Positions 10,301 through 17,654 of a DNA stretch of 37,589 bases are shown piece after piece; positions within the stretch are counted from its first letter, which is position 1; the number at the start of each line of letters is the position of its first letter. Both the position numbers and the translations under genes were made by a program. The stretch comes from an uncultured Anaerolineaceae bacterium (lineage in GTDB: Bacteria > Chloroflexota > Anaerolineae > Anaerolineales > Villigracilaceae). The notes below the pieces were generated by a model. That model saw only the letters and a program-made list of their open reading frames with translations. It did not search any database and had not been told where the DNA came from. The stretch is taken from the NCBI GenBank assembly GCA_964399225.1, contig CAYNQA010000001.1, forward strand, positions 1 to 37,589, given 5' to 3'.

Positions 10301-11241
10301 GTCGGGACCTCCAAGACGAGCCCGGCTTGCAGCTCATCAATCCAGGCTACCTGGGCGATGGCTCTGTCGCCTTGCTCGTTGACATACTCCACCGAATCCA
10401 CAGCAACTTTCGTGGATTGTTTTTCACTTTCCTTCAAGGGGTTTAAAGTTGAATCTACGCGTGCGCGCTGCTCAAGAGAGGAAACGAAAGGAACCAAGGC
10501 GTTGGTGTATGGTTCCAGTCCGATATACCCTCCGTAATTTGTCACGTAATATGCGCGTGACGATTCGGGGCTGAGTTTGCTAAGCGATTCAAGGATAGCC
10601 GACGCGCTCTGTTCCTCAGAAACACCGATCACGGTGGCTCGGGAAATTCCATCAGAGGTTCGGTATTGATCGACGGTCAAGAGGACAAACTGGCCGGGAA
10701 AGAATGGCGCAAAATCGTACGTGCCGACCGTTTGAGAATCGTAGGAACGCAAATCTTCAAACAAAGATATGTTTGAAACCGACTTTCCCTGCCAGTCTGT
10801 CTGGCTGGCAAGTAACACCTCGCCCTCAGGAGTAATGATCATGAATTCTGTGAAGATCGGACTTGCGCCTTCCCTGTTCAACTCGTTGAAGATACCCCGT
10901 ATCAAGCGGCTGCTCTCAAGAAAAAATGGACTCGATGGGCTCTGATGGAGCAGCGAGTTAACGGCACTCTCAAAATCAGCCCGCCTAGCGATGCGGTCAA
11001 GCCGAATTTGACGAATTTTTACCTGATTTTGTGATGCCTTTACTTCGCCCGAAACGAGCGTCTTCATTTGCGTTTCCGCTTGTCCGCGAAGCAGTGTGTA
11101 TGAACGTCCCCATGCCGCCACCGACATAAGAAGCAGCGGAATGAACGAGACCAGGGTCAGCGTTAACGCAAAGGATCTTGCCAGACTGCCGCGTTTGGCT
11201 GTTGCTTTCGAGGAAGAACCGGATTGGATAGTTTCATTCAT
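7336..11241 (-). CDS. Large 2-TM sensor: extracytoplasmic (Cache-like) domain, HAMP, about five GAF domains, truncated GAF tail; no output domain
   Basis: TM1 near residues 23-45, long external region, TM2, HAMP (ITKPLLSL...DEIGVLANSFNIM), five GAF repeats (AEVGIPI, GLILPV, SWLGVPL, SECAIPL, SELALPL), ends RERLLYDVTSKIRRSTDVQTIL...TQIRL. Confidence 0.92.
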   Translation of the reverse strand: MNETIQSGSSSKATAKRGSLARSFALTLTLVSFIPLLLMSVAAWGRSYTLLRGQAETQMKTLVSGEVKASQNQVKIRQIRLDRIARRADFESAVNSLLHQSPSSPFFLESSRLIRGIFNELNREGASPIFTEFMIITPEGEVLLASQTDWQGKSVSNISLFEDLRSYDSQTVGTYDFAPFFPGQFVLLTVDQYRTSDGISRATVIGVSEEQSASAILESLSKLSPESSRAYYVTNYGGYIGLEPYTNALVPFVSSLEQRARVDSTLNPLKESEKQSTKVAVDSVEYVNEQGDRAIAQVAWIDELQAGLVLEVPTDAVFGELNSLLPFAFLVFGGLAAAIIFASFSVTNQITKPLLSLTDVAGRIARGELQERISIARNDEIGVLANSFNIMSDELNRLYTSLRGQVEERTRQIRTAAEVAQGITTAFDLHDLLQKTAQLIVERFSFYHTGVFLIDETGKFASLRAAHGPSAEEMLKRGHRHQVGSASIVGWVSANKKPRVASNVDLDPVHYRNELLPLTRAEVGIPIVLGGVVLGVLDVQSTEPETFDEEMIIVLQTLANQIAAAIQNTSVTEEEQVSSASADRIYRLAVTIAQASSENEAIEATSRAIREARHPFIILRTGIEESEILISSNPYADMKPNLPGTVFVSDHDIQVQLSGPLLVNDVNRDTNSPAELVKLLKLNGAQSGLILPVIVDGQTTHLLIVGEIPGQPLTSATVRPFISIPDVLSSTLARIKLLSDSQARISEMDALMTINRAILSTNDIQGFYAALQEQISRVVGDCSFLVALYDGKTNSIQIPFIYEEGRISSIETFPLGEGLTSILIRTRRPLLLVEDTERQAQALGAKIQGKPAKSWLGVPLLIGGEAIGALVIQDADTEKRFNDRDLNFMVDVSRQASGVIHNVRLLEQSRRTTLQLQTAAEIARDISGSLNLDELLLRAVNLIVERFRFYHASVFLIDPHGDFAAIREATGEAGAQLKRIGHKLGVGSKSIVGYVTGRGETLVVNDTMKDATYFANPLLPDTRSECAIPLKVGERVLGALDVQSATPFAFTEENLRTLEILADQLAVAVVNTELFADSQEHLSQHRLLHHITTSAASGTTLEEALETTVKGLQVTLGGDRVAILLANRDKRILETRASVGYSDDTSHITIRFDQGMTGWVATHRRPLRIDDVTNDPRYIEVSSNTRSELALPLLYRNELLGVLNVESEQIAAYTENDEEMLGTLAGSLAAVIANARLLDQIRRQAERERLLYDVTSKIRRSTDVQTILATTASEITKVIGAKGTQIRLTPPVIENANGRDE

Positions 11242-11247
11242 GGCGGG

Positions 11248-11694
11248 TTATGTGTATTCCCAAACCTTTTCGCCGTTTAAAATTCGGCGGATCTGTTCGG
11301 GGAAACGGTCTGGATCAAGGGGTTTCCCCAAAAAACCATCAAAACCAGATTCGCGCGCTTTCCGCATCTGGTCTTCGCTGGCTTCGGCTGTCACCGCAAT
11401 AATGGGGATATTCTTCAGGTGTTCCGCCGAGCGGATCTTTTTCAGCGCACCGTATCCATCCTCGTATGGCAGGCGGATATCCATAAGGATCAGATCAAGC
11501 CTTGGTAGCGTGTCGGCATATTCAACAACTTCGTAGCCGGACGTTTTCCACTCGCAGTGGATTCCCAGATAGCCCAACATGCGTGCGATCAATACAAAAT
11601 TGGAAACATTATCCTCCACAACCAGGACAGTTGTTTCCTTGGGAATCTGCGGCTTTCGTGCCGGGTGGGGATCAATGGATGAAGAGTCGGTCAT
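11248..11694 (-). CDS. Single-domain response regulator (CheY/DivK-like receiver)
   Basis: VLVVEDN, DLILMD phosphoacceptor, IIAVTA, GFDGFLGKP. ATGA overlap with the upstream receiver gene. Confidence 0.95.
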   Translation of the reverse strand: MTDSSSIDPHPARKPQIPKETTVLVVEDNVSNFVLIARMLGYLGIHCEWKTSGYEVVEYADTLPRLDLILMDIRLPYEDGYGALKKIRSAEHLKNIPIIAVTAEASEDQMRKARESGFDGFLGKPLDPDRFPEQIRRILNGEKVWEYT

Positions 11695-12071
11695 TGTTGT
11701 TTCCTTGCCATGAAGCGTTCGATCTGTTGGGATAGAAGATCAATGTCGATCGGTTTTTGAATGTAGCCGTCACATCCGGCTTCGAGCGACTTTTCACGGT
11801 CGCCGCGCATCACATTGGCCGTTACGGCAATAATGGGAACGTGATCGAATCCGGGCGTTTTACGAATCTTCGCGGTCAGCGCATATCCATCCATATCCGG
11901 CATGTTGATATCCATCAGAATCAGGTCCGGCAGGACCGACTGGATCTTTGCCAGTGCGTCATGGGCGCTGATCGCCTCGGCTACCTCGTAGCCCTCCGAG
12001 ATCAGTACGCGGCGGATCAACATGCGATTGTCGGCATTATCTTCAACGTAGAGGATTTTCTTTCCAGGCAT
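11691..12071 (-). CDS. Single-domain response regulator (DivK-like receiver)
   Basis: ILYVEDN, PDLILMDINMPDMDG, IIAVTA, AGCDGYIQKP. GGAG RBS at 12077-12080. Confidence 0.95.
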   Translation of the reverse strand: MPGKKILYVEDNADNRMLIRRVLISEGYEVAEAISAHDALAKIQSVLPDLILMDINMPDMDGYALTAKIRKTPGFDHVPIIAVTANVMRGDREKSLEAGCDGYIQKPIDIDLLSQQIERFMARKQQ

Positions 12072-12086
12072 AGTAACTCCAGCGTG

Positions 12087-12092
12087 ATTTTA
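12087..12092 (-). promoter_or_regulatory. Candidate -10 box (TAAAAT) for the receiver/GAF operon
   Basis: TAAAAT 15 nt upstream of the ATG at 12071, just ahead of the RBS. No convincing -35 box. Confidence 0.4.
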
Positions 12093-12198
12093 ACGTCAGG
12101 ACTCGCTTCTTTCATAACAGCACCCTTGCAAATCCATGTTAGAGGCGATTTTTAGCTCCTTTACAGCTCTGAAAGGAGAACATCTCTGCGCCTTGACA

Positions 12199-12231
12199 GA
12201 AAACGAAAGCGCCGAGAGCAGATCTCGGCGC
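12199..12231 (-). terminator. Intrinsic terminator after tRNA-Gly
   Basis: 9-bp stem GCGCCGAGA/TCTCGGCGC (12209-12231) with 5-nt loop, followed on the minus strand by TTTCGTTTTCT. Confidence 0.75.
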
Positions 12232-12234
12232 AAG

Positions 12235-12306
12235 AGCGGGTGATGGGACTCGAACCCACGATATTTTGCTTGGGAAGCAAACGTTCTACCACTGAACTAC
12301 ACCCGC
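12235..12306 (-). tRNA. tRNA-Gly (anticodon CCC), CCA end not encoded
   Basis: GCGGGTGTAGTTCAGTGGTAGAACGTTTGCTTCCCAAGCAAAATATCGTGGGTTCGAGTCCCATCACCCGCT: acceptor stem GCGGGTG/CACCCGC, anticodon arm TTTGC-TTCCCAA-GCAAA, GGTTCGA T-loop, U discriminator. Confidence 0.97.
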
Positions 12307-12317
12307 GCAGTGCAGGC

Positions 12318-12346
12318 ATTATAGCCAGCGGGGGAGGGCATGTCAA
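12318..12346 (-). promoter_or_regulatory. Consensus sigma70 promoter of tRNA-Gly
   Basis: TTGACA (12346-12341), 17-nt spacer, TATAAT (12323-12318), 11 nt upstream of the tRNA 5' end. Confidence 0.9.
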
Positions 12347-13233
12347 GCCGAGAGATTTTGCCCCCATTCCATGTGTTGACGTAAAACCCGTAACGCTGCG
12401 CCATGGATCGAGTCGAGCACATCTTGTTGGGTTCCCGCGATCACTTCCCCGAATGTTACTCTCGGCGTAAGTCCAAACAACTCCTGTCCGGCCAATATTT
12501 GACGTGCGATCTGCGTAAGGAAGGCAATGCGTTGACGGTCTGCCCGCATCTTTCGCAGACGGGTGAGCGGGTTGCGCATGGAAGCCTTTGCGATCACCCC
12601 GCTCGCCATGGTGACAAGCACCTGCGTCTCTGGTACATGCCGCAGGAAGACTTCCAGACTTCTCGACCAATGCCCAAATTCAACTTCCGGTTCCGGCATG
12701 CTGTCTGGGTCCGGCTCGATCCCTCCTCGGGCAAAGATTAATAACGCTCCGCCCGCCTTCAAGTGTCGAAGGGATTCGCGCACCGCTTGCATCCGCCCGG
12801 CAGTATCACCGGTTTCGGGAGCGTAAATGGCATGCTTGCTGACATTAGGCAGCTTCTCGAAAAAAGGGATATCGCCAATGATGATCTTGAAGTCTGGGCG
12901 TTCAACGTGTGCGCAAATTACGACCGAGTCGATACCTGCAGGGTGATTCGATGCGATCACCAGAGGACCGTCATTGTGGATGTTCTCCACTCCACGCGCC
13001 GCATGGCGTTTCACAAAGCGGGGCAGCAACCATCGGGCCCCGTTGATGAGTCCCCCTGCCTCTACTTCGCGGTCAAGACCGATCCCTAACTCCGCCACAC
13101 TCCGCACAGCGCGCCCAAAGACCAGCTCGACAACCTTATGTGTCATTTGGTTGTGCGGAAGTGCAAAAGCCTTCGTCAATTCGAAGATCAACGAGTTATA
13201 TAGAGATCGAATACGCGGCTCGGTTGTAGACAT
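12343..13233 (-). CDS. Lysophospholipid/glycerol acyltransferase family protein (PlsC-like)
   Basis: GPLVIASNHPAGID gives the NHxxxxD catalytic motif; GGALLIFARG block. AAGGAG RBS and TGcTACACT extended -10 upstream. Confidence 0.85.
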   Translation of the reverse strand: MSTTEPRIRSLYNSLIFELTKAFALPHNQMTHKVVELVFGRAVRSVAELGIGLDREVEAGGLINGARWLLPRFVKRHAARGVENIHNDGPLVIASNHPAGIDSVVICAHVERPDFKIIIGDIPFFEKLPNVSKHAIYAPETGDTAGRMQAVRESLRHLKAGGALLIFARGGIEPDPDSMPEPEVEFGHWSRSLEVFLRHVPETQVLVTMASGVIAKASMRNPLTRLRKMRADRQRIAFLTQIARQILAGQELFGLTPRVTFGEVIAGTQQDVLDSIHGAALRVLRQHMEWGQNLSA

Positions 13234-13291
13234 GCTGCTCTCCTTGCGAAAAGTGTAGCATGGTTTATTGCGAAAATGATATGATTAATCA

Positions 13292-14149
13292 ATGCCTACT
13301 ATCGACTTAAAGAAGCTGCAAAGTTACCGAACAAAAACATATAACCTGCCTCCCCGAAAATCGATCGTGACTCCTGCTCAGGCGCGTCGATTTGTGGATG
13401 ATCGTGGTTTTATATTCTTTTGGCCCATCAACGGTGTCGACCTGCCTTCTCTTTGGGCGGCTGTTGCCGGTGATCGTCCAGTTGCCGACAAGCATGATGA
13501 TCCTGGCCATGTCACATGGGGTTGGAAAGATGAGGCTCTCGATAAAAGAATTTGGTATTACGGAAAAATCCTGCGGCACAAGGCCACCCTGATTTCGCTT
13601 GAGATCGCTCCATACTTTTACGCGCTTTCCGAGAATTACGGTTCGCCGGATGAGGATTACCTTATCGCTTATCAAGAAGGCCGATTAACCCAATCCGCAA
13701 AACAGGTTTATGAAACCCTGCTTGATAATGGAAAGCTCAACACCCTCGATCTCCGCAGACTGGCGAAGTTGGCAAACGCAAAAGAATCTGAATTCAACAA
13801 AGCCATTGAGCAATTGCAAGCTGATTTCAAGATCCTGCCCGTCGGGGTGGCAGAGGCAGGTGCGTGGCGATATTCTCACATTTACGAAATAGCATCCCGC
13901 CATTATCCAGAACTTCCTGAACAGGCTAGGGCTATAAGTGAAGCACGAGCCAGGGTGAAATTACTTCATCTATACTTTTCTTCCGTTGGTGCTGCCCAAC
14001 TTCGGGACGTAACTCGCCTGTTTGGCTGGAAGAAAGATCTCGCAGAACGTACCGTTAAGAGCCTGCTCGATCAAGGATCCATCCAGCAGGCCAGTCATCC
14101 CAGCCATGAAGGAGATTGGCTGGCAGTCCCTGATGTGGTGAAAAGGTGA
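13292..14149 (+). CDS. AlkZ/YcaQ-related winged-helix DNA-binding protein
   Basis: Repeated wHTH-like segments (AKQVYETLLDNGKLNTLDLRR; GAAQLRDVTRLFGWKKDLAERTVKSL), LPSLW and WGWKD...YYGK motifs recalled from AlkZ-related proteins. Confidence 0.6.
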   Translation: MPTIDLKKLQSYRTKTYNLPPRKSIVTPAQARRFVDDRGFIFFWPINGVDLPSLWAAVAGDRPVADKHDDPGHVTWGWKDEALDKRIWYYGKILRHKATLISLEIAPYFYALSENYGSPDEDYLIAYQEGRLTQSAKQVYETLLDNGKLNTLDLRRLAKLANAKESEFNKAIEQLQADFKILPVGVAEAGAWRYSHIYEIASRHYPELPEQARAISEARARVKLLHLYFSSVGAAQLRDVTRLFGWKKDLAERTVKSLLDQGSIQQASHPSHEGDWLAVPDVVKR

Positions 14150-14156
14150 TTTTCCC

Positions 14157-14183
14157 TGCAACCCGGGAAAAACCCTTACGTAA
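14157..14183 (+). promoter_or_regulatory. ECF sigma factor (SigW/SigM-type) promoter candidate
   Basis: TGCAAC (14157-14162), 16-nt spacer, CGTAA (14179-14183), upstream of an AAGGAG RBS and a Lia-like operon. Confidence 0.55.
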
Positions 14184-14221
14184 ATAGATTAGTCATTTAG
14201 TAAATTTTCAAGGAGAATCTC

Positions 14222-14764
14222 ATGACAAGACAAGGTCGCTCACAATTGGTGCTCGGATTACTGCTCATCCTGCTCGGAGCATGGTTCGTTGCACAAAAAA
14301 ACATCCCCTCTCTGGCAGATTTTGCCGACACGTATTTTGAAGGCCCTTTCATTCTGGTCTGGATCGGTGCGGGCTTGCTTGTTCTTGGGCTTCTGTCAGG
14401 TAACCCGGGCATGGCCGTTCCTGCAGCTATTGTCGCTGGCGTGGGCGGTATCATTTGGTACAACGACAACTATGCCGCGCAAGGCCAGGGAGCATGGGCT
14501 TATATGTGGGCTCTCATCCCCGGTTTTGTTGGCATTGGCTCAATTATTGCCGGCTTGCTCGGTGATAACCCCCGCCAGAACATTTCTCGTGGCTTAAACT
14601 CGATCGTGGTAAGCGCCGTAATGTTCCTGGTCTTTGCCACGATCTTTGGCGGATTGAGCATCCTAGGCGATTATGGCCTGCCAATAGTTCTTATCCTGCT
14701 CGGTGTTTGGTTCCTTGGCCGAAGTGTCTGGCGGTCTTTCCGTGGTGGAGGAGAGAATGCGTAA
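14222..14764 (+). CDS. Integral membrane protein, LiaF/LiaI-like TM region
   Basis: GLLLILLGAWF start and PIVLILLGVWFL end, about 6 TM helices, AAGGAG RBS. Confidence 0.7.
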   Translation: MTRQGRSQLVLGLLLILLGAWFVAQKNIPSLADFADTYFEGPFILVWIGAGLLVLGLLSGNPGMAVPAAIVAGVGGIIWYNDNYAAQGQGAWAYMWALIPGFVGIGSIIAGLLGDNPRQNISRGLNSIVVSAVMFLVFATIFGGLSILGDYGLPIVLILLGVWFLGRSVWRSFRGGGENA

Positions 14765-15515
14765 CGGAAATCTGTTCTGGGGCGTTGTGCTCATCCTTCT
14801 GGGAGGACTCATCCTGTTCGATGCAATTGAGTATTTCTGGCCGGCCCTCCTCATCATTCTTGGAGGCGCGATCATTGCTGGCGCCTACCTCCGTTCCAGC
14901 ACCAAAAATGAAGCGGTTTCGGTAGACCTGCAAAGCGCAAAGGAAGTAACCCTGAAAGTCAATCACGGTGCGGGCCGCTTGAGTTTGACTGACGGCGCGT
15001 CTGCAGGCAAGGCCCTCGAAGGGGATGGAACTGAAGGTATCAAGGTGGATGCGCACCATGCAGGCGATCGCCTTGACATTCGCGTGGGAACAGATGCAAT
15101 GTTCATTCCTTTCCTAGGAATAAATCGCGGATTGGAGTGGAACCTTCGCCTTCCAAATGATATTCCGTTCGCGCTGGACCTTGAAACGGGTGCAAGTCAA
15201 TCGGTCGTAGACCTCAGCCGAATCCGAGTCACCCGCCTCAAAGTCCAGATTGGAGCGAGCTCAACCGAGATCACCATGCCGGCTAGTGGAATTGTCACCG
15301 CCGATGCACAAGCCGGCGCGGCGGAGTTGAAAATGCGCATCCCTCATGGTGTGGCTGCGCGGATCCGCTCGGATTCCGGGTTGGCCGAGATCAAGATAAA
15401 TACAACGAGATTTCCGTATGCCAACGGCATCTATGAATCCCCCGATTTTGGTAACAACCCAAACCGCATAGACCTGACCATTGAAGCTGGTGTTGGCAAG
15501 GTGTCTGTGCTCTAG
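14757..15515 (+). CDS. Membrane-anchored beta-repeat (toast-rack/LiaF-LiaG-like) protein
   Basis: Start moved to ATG 14757 after GGAGGAG. LFWGVVLILLGGL...FWPALLIILG TM hairpin, then repeated LxxGAxxxxxxL units (GAGRL, GASQS, GASST, GAAEL, GLAEI, GVGKV). Confidence 0.8.
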   Translation: MRNGNLFWGVVLILLGGLILFDAIEYFWPALLIILGGAIIAGAYLRSSTKNEAVSVDLQSAKEVTLKVNHGAGRLSLTDGASAGKALEGDGTEGIKVDAHHAGDRLDIRVGTDAMFIPFLGINRGLEWNLRLPNDIPFALDLETGASQSVVDLSRIRVTRLKVQIGASSTEITMPASGIVTADAQAGAAELKMRIPHGVAARIRSDSGLAEIKINTTRFPYANGIYESPDFGNNPNRIDLTIEAGVGKVSVL

Positions 15516-15524
15516 GAGAATAAA

Positions 15525-16136
15525 ATGAAACGAATCGATCCTTCCATCATTGTTGGTCTTGCCCTTGTAGTCCTAGGCGGCTTGTTTATCCTGCAAAATG
15601 CAGGTTTCCTGAATGATGTGGCTGATGTCTTTTGGGGAATCGTTTTCCTTGCTGCAGGGGCTGCATTCTTGATTTCCTATTTCACCGGCTCGTGGTGGGC
15701 GGCCATACCTGGTGCAGCTTTAGTTGGTATCGGAACACTGATCTTGCTGCCTGACTCCCTCGAGGATCTTAGTGGAGCGGTCTTCCTGGGTGGTGTGGCT
15801 GTTGCATTCTGGCTGGTTTATTTTCCCGCGCGACGTGAACGTTGGTGGGCGTTAATCCCCGCCGGCGTGTTTACTACACTGGCCTTTGTCTCGTTCGCTC
15901 CGCAATTCGTGAGCGGCGAGGCCTCAGGTGGAATATTCTTCCTTGGCCTGGCGCTGACATTCATGCTCGTAGCCCTGTTGGCTGAAATGCGTTGGGCATG
16001 GTACCCGTCCGCTGTGCTCGGCTTGATCGGTTTTCTGTTGATCGTATCTGCAGGCGGCCTCATCAATTATATTTGGGCTGCCGCCCTGATCAGCGCCGGC
16101 GCATACTTGGTTTTTCGATACTTTAGACGCGATTAG
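15525..16136 (+). CDS. Integral membrane protein with WWAxIP repeats (Lia-like)
   Basis: About 8 TM helices with internal repeats WWAAIPG, WWALIPA, RWAWYPS. AGGAG RBS. Confidence 0.75.
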   Translation: MKRIDPSIIVGLALVVLGGLFILQNAGFLNDVADVFWGIVFLAAGAAFLISYFTGSWWAAIPGAALVGIGTLILLPDSLEDLSGAVFLGGVAVAFWLVYFPARRERWWALIPAGVFTTLAFVSFAPQFVSGEASGGIFFLGLALTFMLVALLAEMRWAWYPSAVLGLIGFLLIVSAGGLINYIWAAALISAGAYLVFRYFRRD

Positions 16137-16148
16137 GCGAAGCAAAGC

Positions 16149-16178
16149 AAAAGCCCCTGCCAATGCAGGGGCTTTTTT
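16149..16178. terminator. Bidirectional intrinsic terminator
   Basis: AAAAGCCCCTGC-CAAT-GCAGGGGCTTTTTT between convergent genes. Confidence 0.9.
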
Positions 16179-16186
16179 CTGTTTCA

Positions 16187-16432
16187 TTATTCTGCAGGAA
16201 CAACTTCTATTTCAGGGAAGAACTGGTGGATGGTTCCCTCCACCCAACCGTGTAATGTTGAAGGGAGCAATGGACAGCCCAGACATGCGCCTCCCAGCCG
16301 GACCATGAGGCGGTTTCCGTCTAGAGCGACAAATTCGACTGTCCCTCCGTGGAATTGCTCCACATATGCGCTTAGCCTTCCAAGCAGAGCCTTGATCTGT
16401 TCTTCTCGGGTTGCGACAGACGGAACAGCCAT
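16187..16432 (-). CDS. NifU/NfuA C-terminal domain protein (Fe-S scaffold/carrier)
   Basis: HGGTVEFV...VRLGGACLGCP...TL...VE...FPEI, the NifU-domain CxxC signature. Confidence 0.92.
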   Translation of the reverse strand: MAVPSVATREEQIKALLGRLSAYVEQFHGGTVEFVALDGNRLMVRLGGACLGCPLLPSTLHGWVEGTIHQFFPEIEVVPAE

Positions 16433-16435
16433 GGC

Positions 16436-16909
16436 TTATCCTTTCTCTGGCTCGCGTGGCAAGGCATGGTCGAGAATGGCACGGACCTGCCGATGTGCAT
16501 CCTTGTAACGCTGGGAAACCAGGTCGGCGAGACGATCTAGGAGCTCTTCTCCGCATTGATGGTTTTCTGCAACGAGCCTTCGCAGGTCGGTGCCGCGGAT
16601 TCGAATGGCATCCACATCTTCGCGCGCCACAGCGCTGGAAGTGTAGAACCTGCCTCCGATCACAGCAGACCAACCGAATGCGCTTCCGGGGGGGAATGTA
16701 TTTAGCTTGATTTCGGGGCCGTCGTAAGGTTTGTAGCGGTCAAGTACGCTTCCGGTGAGAAGAAGATATAAGTACGTCGCTGGTGTTCCTTGCTCAAAAA
16801 TAATAGCTCCGGCGCGGCGCGAGAACGGCTCAAAATGCTGTTCCACAAGGCGACGCGTTTCGGCCGAAATTCCAGTAAATAAAGTGATTTCTTCCAAAGT
16901 TTCTAACAT
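16436..16909 (-). CDS. Stand-alone cyclic-nucleotide-binding domain protein (no HTH)
   Basis: AGAIIFEQGTPATYLYLLLTGSV...PGSAFGW...TSSAVA. Start placed at ATG 16909 (track uses TTG 16915). Confidence 0.85.
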   Translation of the reverse strand: MLETLEEITLFTGISAETRRLVEQHFEPFSRRAGAIIFEQGTPATYLYLLLTGSVLDRYKPYDGPEIKLNTFPPGSAFGWSAVIGGRFYTSSAVAREDVDAIRIRGTDLRRLVAENHQCGEELLDRLADLVSQRYKDAHRQVRAILDHALPREPEKG

Positions 16910-17062
16910 TTGCAATCATATTAATTGAACTGGCGGGCAGGGAATAGTGGCAAATTTCCTGATTGTATGGACGTTTGTCCCTGATGTTCATGATTGCCCT
17001 TTATTCGGGTTATACTTCCATCGCCTCTCTGAAGGCAAAAACTCTTCAATTTAGGTTCAAAA

Positions 17063-17629
17063 ATGTCTTCCACAACCCCATTTCAACGCATTATTGCCAT
17101 GCTTCTGGTTGGTTTTGGCTTGATCGCAGTTGGCGTAGCTGTCATGACCATGATCACCCTGCGTCAAAGCCAGGCAGCTGAGGCTGCGCAAGTTCAAACA
17201 ACGCCCGTAAAAGTCAATTATCCGGCACCCTCACTGACATTGTATGATTTGGACGGAGTTTCTCGTTCCTTGACTGATTACCAAGGGAAGGTGGTATTGG
17301 TGAACATGTGGGCAACCTGGTGCCCGCCATGCCGTGAAGAAATGCCTACTCTCGAGGGTTTTTATCAGGATTATGCCGATCTAGGTTTCCTGATCATTGG
17401 CCTAAATGATGGAGATGAAGCAGTGGATGTTCGTGATTTTGTAGACTCTTACGGTTTGAGTTTCCCCATTTGGCTTGACCCAGACTACCTCTCTGAAGCG
17501 GCATTTAACACGATGAACTTGCCATCATCATTTGTGATCGACCGGCAAGGACAGGTCCGCTTGCAGTGGGTCGGTAAGATCGAACGATCCCAGCTTGAAA
17601 AATATATAGTGCCGTTGATCCAGGAATAG
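17063..17629 (+). CDS. TlpA/ResA-like thiol-disulfide oxidoreductase, membrane anchored
   Basis: N-terminal TM helix; GKVVLVNMWATWCPPCREEMP; LPSSFVID. Confidence 0.95.
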   Translation: MSSTTPFQRIIAMLLVGFGLIAVGVAVMTMITLRQSQAAEAAQVQTTPVKVNYPAPSLTLYDLDGVSRSLTDYQGKVVLVNMWATWCPPCREEMPTLEGFYQDYADLGFLIIGLNDGDEAVDVRDFVDSYGLSFPIWLDPDYLSEAAFNTMNLPSSFVIDRQGQVRLQWVGKIERSQLEKYIVPLIQE

Positions 17630-17654
17630 ACGGTCAAAAACAAAAGGAGCTATC

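Noticed and set aside
356-11241. GAF genes as truncated histidine-kinase pseudogenes
   Set aside because: All five stop at the same structural point with conserved tails, intact frames and coupled junctions; no kinase remnants follow.
12193-12198. Plus-strand TTGACA
   Set aside because: No -10 box at 16-18 nt spacing, and it would point antisense into the tRNA.
12235-12306. tRNA-Gly as an integration site making the GAF operon an island
   Set aside because: No integrase or transposase, and I saw no duplicated tRNA 3' end in the window; the terminator follows directly.
12161-12670. 169-aa minus-strand ORF
   Set aside because: Runs through the tRNA, its promoter and terminator, and overlaps the acyltransferase out of frame.
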